A stretch of 32,116 nt of DNA, taken from the NCBI GenBank assembly GCA_910592345.1, contig CAJVPI010000384.1:1-32116 (forward strand), read 5' to 3'. The notes under the pieces were generated by a model. That model saw only the letters and a list, made by a program, of their open reading frames with translations, was not told where the DNA came from and did no database searches. How positions within the stretch are numbered: the stretch's first letter is position 1; the number at the start of each line of letters is the position of its first letter. This DNA comes from Paraglomus brasilianum. Lineage: Eukaryota. The position numbers and the translations under genes were made by a program. Positions 1 through 9,666 of this stretch are shown here, piece after piece.

Positions 1-799
1 CCGGGTACAAATCTCTGAAACTTGGTGAGGGTACATCTACATCTCATAGAGTTTTGCGTTCCTTTATCGGGGAGGGTATTGTACATGTCGGTAAATAATC
101 GGCATGTGAGTCACTCGGAGTGCCACCACAGCAAACCTCGAAAAGGTTGAATCCGGTATTCACTACGTGGAGCTTACTAGTATACCTAAGAAATCAGTGA
201 CTGTTCACCAAAGCAAAGTTTGATCAATTTAACAAGGATCAGCTCGATATGCTTGTCATAAAGCTATATACTTAAATGTAATTTAAACTGTCATTCTCAT
301 AACACACGATGCTGCAATACTAATTGAATAGTAAATAAATTTTCTATGATATCGTTATTTAAGTTATCATTGTTTGAGGAAATGTATCGCATAATTATAG
401 TTATTTCCGCTACAAAATTAATTCTTCTCGATTAGTAAATAGAAATTCTGAAATATAATAATTTTAGTTTCATTAGCTAAGAATAAATTTTTATTATACT
501 AATGCCATTAACCGAATGGTTGCTAGTAATTATACAAACAATCACTGACATCCCACTATCGAATTAGCGATTCTTATAATACACACAACTAATAACTCGT
601 CTGTAAGAATACAATACTTTTAATTAACAACATTAGTACACATATGTAGTTGACATTGCTTAATAATATTTTTATCTAACCTACATATTATCTCAAACTG
701 ACATATGTCGATTCCAAATTGACATAAAACAAAATCAACACCGTGTTTAATTGAGAAAACTCTTATAAAGTATGAATAACTCGTGGGTCACAAGTTTAT

Positions 800-3545
800 T
801 CAAAAAAGAGTTTTTTGAGTCACTAAATATAAGGTAATGGACGTTAATATTATAAATTGACTTTATTTAGACCAGCATGTATCCAATTATTGTCTTCATA
901 CCTGCCACTGAATCAAAATCGTAGCCATTTCGCGGTTTAGGTAAATCTCCTGTAGGTAAGAGTTTACTAGAGTATTTACTCTCCTTCTCGAGACGTGATA
1001 ACGGTATTACATTATTACGATAAATAATTTCCCATATGCTGCATTTGGACTTATCCTCGCGCACCTCTACAATAAGCTTGTAAATATAATTGCAAAGTGT
1101 CGATGCATCTGGACGATTATCAGGATCAGCATCACAACATCGCTCGGCGAGTTTCTTGTATTTCTCCGGTGCTGGATCAGGCGTCGTTGGTCGTAGTCCA
1201 CCCATAATATCGCATACCAAGTCCCTATCGAATTCTCTATCTCTAAAAGGTGGTTCACCGGTGGCCATTAAATACATAATAATCCCAAAAGAATATACGT
1301 CTGATTTCTGAGTAAATTTGCGAGTATGGAAGACTTCTGGCGCAATAAAGGGTAAAACGCCTCGAATGGTTGGGTTTTGTTCACGTGAATTCACCGATTG
1401 AGAAAGACCAAAATCGCATATGTATGGTTTACTTCTATGAAATTCTTTTTCAGTCTCAGATGCTTCGTTATGCATAACGATATTTCCGCTATGAAGATCA
1501 CAATGCACTAATCCCACATTATGAATACTTTCGAGATAAAATGCCATATTCCATAACCACTCTAATTTCATCTTCCACGTCAATTTGTTAATATTTTGAT
1601 CCAAATAAGACAAAAGACTACCATTGTTAGCATATTGCATAACAATAATGTACTCTTTTGTTTCTGGGTCTTGTGTCACTCCATAAATAGGAAGAAAAGT
1701 AGAAAATCGGTTTGTGCACGTGGCATGATTTCTGAACTATTAAATAAACAAATAAATAAGTAGAGTCGGATTAAATATCACTTTGATTAACGATATCAAA
1801 AAATGCTTACCTCGGAAATAAATACTTCCGGCGTTTCATTAAAACTCTTGAAACGTTTAAGGGCGACGACGGTTTCTCGCATACGTTTTTCTGCTAAATA
1901 GTTTTTATATTTGGCAGTATAGACTGTTCCATAACCACCAGAACCGATCTCTTTGAGTTCATAAAAGTCGGCATATTGCATGTGTCTTACATGTCCGCTA
2001 AGTTGTATAAACTTGTCCAATATTACATGTATATCATAATAGAAAACTAAATAATATTCCCCAGTAGATGGTTCTTGAGTGATTCCAGCTATCCAAATAT
2101 TATCTGGTGTTAATATCCTCGGGTAATCCTTGATTAGCTGTTTAAATAAACAATAAAATCATTACAACAATTAACGCAATGCATACTTGATACTATTTGC
2201 ATTATTTTACACGCGAAGAAATAATTTACCTGATAAGGATCAAGCGATTGAGTATCGTCTATCTGCTTGAGTGTCACTTCTGTCCATTCATTTGCCGTCG
2301 GTTCTAACCATTTCGCCATATGTGTGCATCCATGGCGTAATGAGGCCACCTCTCGTACATTCATCAATAGAGAATACTCTATCCATTGTATATAAGCATC
2401 GTACTTATTCTTCACATTCCTCCATGATTCCATTATGAATAAATCCAAATCATTTTTGCCCATAGTCCAATCAGGAGGTCTTGGTGCTTTGCATTTGTAA
2501 CAGAATGCATTTATCTTGGGTTCTAATTGCTGCATACACGCCAGACATAAACCAACCTCATCACGGTGTTTTATCAGATAATACTTCCGTCCACGTGCAT
2601 CATATGTGAATCCGATGGTAACCCAAACATCTGTGGTAAGAATATCTGAATGCTCATCACATAACTAGTGTGTAATCGTAAGTCAATATTTATCTCACAA
2701 TGAATAAACATAGTATATTTGTACTGGGTCCGGTTCATTTCATCGACAATCATTTCACCGACAGTACATAAATTTCATCGAAAACCAATGATAAGCGCGA
2801 TAAACAATGTGTCACGTGAAATGACTGTCGGTGAAGTGTACCTCCCTTTGTACTTAATAGTCACCTTGTCATAATATAAATCATCTGTCTCATCCGTTAT
2901 TTCAAGCAGAGTCAATTTAACCCAACGAGCAGGCAGTCCATACAACCCTACGCCATATTTTCCCCTATCCTCAATACAATCAATTGGAATCCATTCCAAA
3001 TAGGCTTGATTTGCTGAGCTCGTTTGTAATTGAGATTTCTTGATAAACTCGTCGAGTTGCTTATTGTTGCTAGTCCATCCGTTGGATAATTCTTTATGTC
3101 CACAAATGCACCACACAGGACTACATCGGAGTATTCCACATGCGGTGCAGAATCCATATCGAGAATAACAATAGTTAAAGTCTATATGAGCAACCATGTA
3201 ATAGTTGTTTTCATACTCGGTAAATCCTTGTAGGAGTTTGTTGCGATCCAACAGCCACTTGGAATATCTTTTGAATTGACTGATATCATAATTATACTCT
3301 TCTGTCGGAAGTGAGTAGATTCTGGCAAACTCTCTCACAAGTAGTGGTGAACATTCTTCATTACTTCCAATACATAGCAGTATTATCAGCGTTTCCTTCA
3401 CTTCGCCATAATACAGTTCATGTTTACGAATGGCGCAGTAGACGTTGTCAATTGGGCGTGACGGTATGCCGGTTATTTGCGAGCAAGGAATCCATTCAAG
3501 TCCTTTACATTCACGAACCAAGTTGTCAATTGCTAGATTATACAT
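800..3545 (-). CDS. Tyrosine-kinase-like (TKL) protein kinase of the expanded Glomeromycota type, with N-terminal Cys-rich/pseudo-N-lobe repeats; 5' end unresolved (may extend to ~3968)
   Basis: Hand-spliced exons 3545-2865, 2664-2230, 2137-1811, 1736-902 and 822-800 join in frame through GT-AG introns; if the last intron is not spliced the stop is at 867. Motifs: GSGGYGTV (G-loop), VVALK, YGVTQDPETKEYIIVMQYANNGSL, HCDLHSGNI, ICDFG, FIAPE, DVYSFG, CCDADPDNRP. Confidence 0.9.
2726..2846. mobile_element. 121-bp non-autonomous DNA transposon (MITE) inside a kinase intron, with 8-bp TSD
   Basis: Starts GGGTCCGGTTCATTTCATCGACAATCATTTCAC; the right end reverse-complements to GGGAGGTACACTTCACCGACAGTCATTTCAC (imperfect TIR). 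Flanked by identical TTTGTACT at 2718-2725 and 2847-2854. A second copy lies at 4790-4954. Confidence 0.85.
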
Positions 3546-4467
3546 ATTGCGCCTTGACCCATGGAACTAACGACATATTAATATTGAATAAAGTATTTTC
3601 TGTGCTACGTCGCATAACAAATAATGTGTAACTTCACCGCAATATGATTTCTAGGATAGATTTTCATTGGACTATATTAATATCAAAGTATAACCACAAC
3701 CTGCCAGGTGGTACAGGCTCAAACATTGGACATAAATAGAGATATGATAGGCTGTACGCCGTGTCGGGTTGTGCGACCTAGCAGGTAAATTCCTGATAAT
3801 ATTAAGTGATTTATGTTGATAGCGATAATCAATGGGTATGATATCAAAGTTGATATACGAGGTTGAAGAACAATCCTTTATCTGTTACATTATTATTAAT
3901 AGAATCAACAAATTCATCAAAGTCAGTGTCATTATGATTAATTTAGATTCTTTCTTGACTGATGGCATAGTTTAAATATGTCCAGAGTAAGTTTAAAAAA
4001 GCTGATATTATAATAATTACTTTTATTACACAAAATCTAACAAGCATTCCGAAATTCCATGTTACTGTGTAATATCAACAACGCAGAAATAACGGAAGGG
4101 ATACAATCATATCACATCGTCTTTATGTCTCGGCGTAATTAATTGTACGTCTATTCTACAAAGCAAAATTGTGAATGATTAACATTGAAATTATAGGACA
4201 TGTAATTGTCTTCCCATGAAATTCAATGTTTATATGACATGCGCCTGTATTACGGCTTTCAGTTATTTGTTCTCTCTCACTCTGCTACTTGCCGACTGAA
4301 AAGCTCGTTCTCTGGAAAAAGCTATTTCCCATATAATATTTAGGATACTGTCACTGTAGCAAATTTTCTAATACCGCAACCGAATGGTGGTACATGTTTA
4401 TTTATATATCTGTACAGTATATACTTGAAAATAATACTCATTGTCGTAATTATCAAGCTGCAGACAA

Positions 4468-4783
4468 AGGGCTTCTCAACAGCGCGATGCCCCGATCAAA
4501 TTGGGTAATTATTGCCTTAAATAGATATTGGCATCAAGGGGCATCGACTAAATTGAAAATTATTTATTTTTCACATGAACCTGACTTATTTTATTTTATT
4601 TTTTTTTAAATTTAGAACTTTATTGTCTAACTACAGATAAACTGCTAAAGCTAGTTTTAACATATATGCATACAGAGGTACAATAAAGAGCTTGGCTGAA
4701 ATGAACCTGACTTATTCGCACGAATTTTTATGTCACACAAAACCTAAATACAGTATTATTCTATTTAGAAAGGCTGTTGAGAA
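4468..4783. mobile_element. Probable degenerate nested MITE (outer inverted repeat split by an inner AT-rich insert)
   Basis: TTCTCAACAGC (4473-4483) is inverted at 4773-4783. CGATGCCCC (4485-4493) is inverted at 4538-4546. A 16-bp direct repeat ATGAACCTGACTTATT lies at 4575-4590 and 4701-4716. Confidence 0.4.
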
Positions 4784-4789
4784 CTGATG

Positions 4790-4954
4790 GGGTCCGATTC
4801 ATTTCACCGACAATCATTTCACCGACAGTACGTTTCGTCGACATAAATTTCATCGAAAACCAATGACAAGTGCGATAAACAATGTGTCACATGAAATAAC
4901 TGTCGGTGAAATGTACTGTCGGTGAAATGATTATCGGTGAAATAAATGCCTCCC
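4790..4954. mobile_element. 165-bp copy of the same GGG...CCC MITE family
   Basis: Same termini (GGGTCC...CCTCCC) and near-identical core (ATAAATTTCATCGAAAACCAATGA..GCGATAAACAATGTGTCAC). It has more subterminal ATTTCACCGACA / TGTCGGTGAAAT units. No intact TSD seen. Confidence 0.8.
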
Positions 4955-6551
4955 GTAATACAAATATGTAGCATCTTACATATCTACCGCGTTTCTCATA
5001 TACAGAGTGTAACAAAAAAAATTGTAAATTTTATCATGTAGTTTAATCAATCACTATTCACCCAACTTGTATTCAACCCGAGTCTCAAAACATTCAAACA
5101 AACACGCTTTATATATAGTAAAACTTTATTTTGACATCATGATTCATTTTCAAAGGTTCTTCTATTGGAACGAAAGTGCTCTTGTCAAACCCATTACACT
5201 CGTGGAACAATGGTGTCAAATCTGCAAAGCAGTTGCACATTCTTACTAACATATGATTCTCAGCAATCTATTACAATATTAACAAAAAATAAACTTGTGA
5301 CGTTTTACATAAGGGAAGTAACGGCTGACCAAAAAAATTACGTGGCGCAGCACAAACATAAGACACGTCTTTGTCATTGAAAACTTTGGCGACTAGATGC
5401 TACTAACGATATAACTGTATTTTGCATAACAATTTTGAGACATTTAAAAAGGTTATAGTTACCAGAAAGGGCAACAGTCTTAACAATACCAACAAAATTG
5501 TTAAATCATTCTTAATAATAATGTGGGGGCACTTAATAAACTGACCATCCAACAGTCCAAATTTGAATTTAATTATAAATATCTGGAATGTAGTCGAGAT
5601 AAATATAGAATGAGAAATGGCAGAGAAATTCCTGATACGGTTCTAATTAATTTTGCTAACCCTATAAAAACGCTCTGCAAGCTTTTTATTGAAAGAAGTC
5701 GTGAAAGAATACTATATTACCCTATTACTATCGTTAAATAATCTAGAGGACTCGACGTTTCAAATGAGCTGTTTTACATTTATTTTCATCTACTGATCGT
5801 TTACCTGCTTCAGTTTTTATTTTTCTGTTACACACTGTATATGCGCGTATATATACCCAGAATCCATTGCATGTATCGTTTCATAACTCTCCTTCCCCAA
5901 AGTCAACTCTTTTTATAAGGACCTTTTTTGTACGGACCCGATAGCCCACTTGTGCTTTGTCACATCGTATATTCTCTATAGTATATTCTTAATGGTACTC
6001 GCTGCATGTAAGGACCCGCTACTGATTTTGCTTAAATATACAACGAACAATCCTAAAGGAAATTATAATGGAAGGAATCAACCGAAGAAAGCTACAAGCC
6101 ATGCACAAACTCCTTGGTCAATTCATCGGGTCAACGCTGCGTTTCTGTTATATAAAAGCTATCCCGGGTCAGCAAACTATAAAAGGCAAAAGGTGTCTCC
6201 TGTTATGTGCCTTTAGATATGCCAACCAAAAGTCTCAGCGATTAGAAAACCAAATATAGTAATCCTTGAGGTTGGTGATAAACCATTATCCAATCAGAAT
6301 ATTTTTGAACTGGGTAATGCGCGATTGAAAAGTATAGACCCTGTCATCCATCAATCAAGAGTTCTGAATTCATAAAGATTCGATAACAATAAAGTATGTT
6401 TGATCCTGTAATAGGCGGTGATTTTCATTAGTACCCACCCGCGCGCAACTATACTAGTAGTATGTTCATCTGTGTGATCATAATTCGAGCTTTTTAGCAT
6501 GTAAATGTAGTTCAGCAATAAAGTTGTACTTATCGAAACTTTTCTTGACTA

Positions 6552-7313
6552 ATACGCAAAATGTCTGAAACCTATTTCTACCAAAAACGCTCGCAAAAAA
6601 CACTCATCCTTCTATTTTAAAACATGGCTTCGTGACGCATATTTTGGGATGATGGAATCACTGGCAAGCCTTTCGCTAAATGCAGCCATTGAGTGGTATG
6701 AGACGGACCTCAGTGAAGACATTAAGGAATTCAAGGCGAAGAAGGACATAAAGAATCAGCAATGTGCACAGGCAGAATTCGCGAAAATGAAGGAGGTATT
6801 ATTGATTGTAATAGTCTTTGCTTTAATGATGATGCCAGCTATAATGCGGGAACAGTCGGTTAAACATGAGCCATGCAGGACTCTAGATGCGTTCTAACGC
6901 CGGGCACATGATGCTAGCATTGTTACGGGCAATGCCTTGAGTATCTCGTCGCAAACGTCGGATATGGAGCTCTCTAGAGTCCAACATCAATAGTATTAGT
7001 ATTATTAACATGAGCGTTGGTTATTATTTGAGATCAGTTATTTACTCCCATTTTGTTTAATCTTTCTTATTATCATTGTATCAATTCTGTAATACAAAAA
7101 TATTGTCATACCATTTAATGCCACTAATATTAATATTAATTAATGGATTTCCTTGATTTTATAGAACATTCGCGAACAGACTTACAAAGACGTCTTGGAT
7201 GAGGACAAACGCCGAGTAAGTAAGTACTCTATGCTTTCTGCAAAAATCTATTGTGATTGACTAACTGAATAGAAAATTTTTTAGTGTCAAGCAACGAAAG
7301 CGCGGAAAATAGA
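6552..7313 (+). pseudogene. Probable spliced gene relic of unknown family
   Basis: Protein-like charged/helical frame (AIEWYETDLSEDIKEFKAKKDIK...) continues past an in-frame TAA at 6895-6897 (RRAHDASIVTGNALSISSQTSD). An exon-like block NIREQTYKDVLDEDKRRV at ~7165-7219 is bounded by AG and GTAAGT. No recognisable domain. Confidence 0.35.
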
Positions 7314-8194
7314 AGAATTATTCGCGCAAATACGGATAATATTATACAATACTATATTGTCCTGGAGTTTGCTTATTGGTTTATCCAACTTGAGAAATTT
7401 CTATGGGTGACAAACATGCCAGGAGTAGACGCGTATTACGTCCGAGGACAAGATTGATAACCAATTGTGTTATGTTAGATGACAAAAGATAAGAACATAC
7501 GCAATCTTATAAATGCAAAGAATAAACGGTGTGTATTATAACGGAGTTCCTATCGTTATATTGTAGAATATTTTAGCCTAACCACAGTGGCATTACAAGC
7601 TCAACTAATTGTATCATATTCTATGATTTGTAGGCTGTGCGAAAGATCAGTTTCTACAAAACTTAATTGTTTGAAATATTCTTAGTATAAAACATGAGAT
7701 GATTTCTTTGTTCCGACACAGTTGCAAACTTATCGTGATGTTTTGTTACCAAACAAATGACAATGCAATGTAATCTGTCGCAATGATACTAATACAAATG
7801 TAATAATCTAACCTTATTCGAACAACAAATCTGCCGTAATAGTAAACGCGAGCCCATTCCCAATTGTAATGTGATCTGGATTTTAATGGAAGCAGATCGT
7901 GTTTATCGCTTTAAAGCGGTATCTATGTTACGCGATTTCATCTTCGTCAGAGTAGCTAATTTAAATTCAAAAATAAAAGGGGTTTATTATATTTTACTGG
8001 AGCCAAGCCAGGTCCTTAATCTAATATACTGTGTATAATACATGCATTCCACCACAGAATTGATATTTATAGAATGTGGCATACATACAGTGAGATGTTG
8101 ATTATAACCTTTCATTGTCTGTGGCGCACCACACAGGTTTGAGCCCTGAAACAGTATATTAATATCCCATTTTAATTATCATTGATATTCAACT

Positions 8195-9401
8195 ATGGAC
8201 GATTACCGTCGTTACCGTCAAAAGCCTTCGCAAGATCCCAACGCTGCTCGCAACGAACTCTTTGGTGGACCTCAACCAAACTATCCGCCACCAACTCAAT
8301 ATCAACCCCCCCCTCAATACGGAGGTGCTCCAGGATATGGACAGAATCCTTCTTATGGAGGCTATCCTCCAGCAGGTGGATACTCTCCGTATGGCCAGCA
8401 GCAGTATGGTCAGCAGTATGGTCAGCAGTATGGCCAGCAGTATGGCCAGCAGCGTACCGAGGAAGAGGAAGTTGACGAGATAAAGACCCAGATTCGACAG
8501 ACGAAATTAGAATCACTGCAATCTACTCAAAACTCTTTACAGGCAATCCAGAGAGCGGAACAGTCTGCTCAAACCACGCTGAATAAGCTTGGAGAACAAA
8601 CACGTTAGTATTTTGAAACAGATGGTAAGCGATGGGCAGCTGTTGACATCTATTTTAACTGGCGAAACTGACAGTTCCTTCTGTGAATAATAGAGCGTAT
8701 CAACTACACTGAAAAACAGCTTGAACTGGCAGCTGCTCAAGCCGAGGTAGCTCAAGCGAAAGCGTCCAAGTTAAAAAAGGTACGATTTTCTTAATATAAT
8801 AAATCATCGTTTATAGCCGGCCGGCATTACTTTTAGATCATATTCTGATAATTCGTACATTCTGCATAATTAGGTCAATGGCTCAATGTTTGGATTTGAC
8901 ATAGGCCTTCCGTTCACCAAAAACCGTGAAAAAGCTGAAATGAAAAAGGTGGCTGCTCTTCAGTCGCAGCAACATGCCAATAAGGAACAAAGACAGCAGG
9001 GTAATTGGGAATCCCAACAAAGGGTTCATGAGGCTATGCAAACAGCCACAAAGAACACCAAATATCAACCTGGAAGAAATTCGGATCGATCCAGATTCCA
9101 ATTCGAAGGCGATGAAGAAGATGAACAGATCGAGAATAGATTGGATTCGAATTTAGATCAAATATCAAGTGGCCTGACGAGATTGCAAGCTATGGTAAGC
9201 AAAGTTCGATTAGGGTAATGTGTTCATTGGCGTCTTGTTGTAAATGATTCAACTAACTTTGGACTGTTCTTATACAAGGCTATTGCATCTGGTCAAGAAG
9301 TGCAGCGACAAACTGGTACCTTGGATAGGATATCAAGTCAAGCTGGTAATGTTGAGGGCAGGATTTCGCATAGCACACAAATACTAAAGAATATCAAGTG
9401 A
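8195..9401 (+). CDS. SEC9: SNAP-25/Sec9-family plasma-membrane t-SNARE (Qb+Qc) with Q/Y/G/P-rich N-terminus
   Basis: Exons 8195-8603, 8694-8779, 8874-9194 and 9279-9401 splice in frame. Qb SNARE: EEEVDEIKTQIRQTKLESLQSTQNSL...LGEQTQRINYTEKQL. Qc SNARE: FQFEGDEEDEQIENRLDSNLDQISSGLTRLQAMAIASGQEVQRQTGTLDRI. No transmembrane anchor. Confidence 0.9.
8399..8452 (+). repeat. Coding 12-bp tandem repeat (CAGCAGTATGGY)x4.5 encoding QQYG
   Basis: Directly visible within SEC9 exon 1. Confidence 0.9.
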
Positions 9402-9666
9402 TTAACTTGTAATCACTTGAGAATATTTAATTTACTCGTAAATTCAAGGATGTTTTATTATATCTTAAAGTATCGTTTCGTGTTCCTGTTTCTATTCATT
9501 AGTTTGAATTAAGAAATTTTAGACTTCCCAAACACTTATTCTTTCTAATTATACGGATTTATATAGTGTATGTGTATTCATATAGAAAGAATTAATTCAA
9601 AATTAATAACATGAATAAATAGGTTGTATTGGATGTTCTGATACTTGTTATTATCGTTCCACCTCA

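Noticed and set aside
1..270. Possible minus-strand coding fragment at the window edge
   Set aside because: Frames are short or contain stops and no motif is identifiable; flanking sequence is needed.
8193..8516. Antisense ORF with GHTA/DHTA repeats
   Set aside because: It is the reverse-strand shadow of the SEC9 QQYG repeat.
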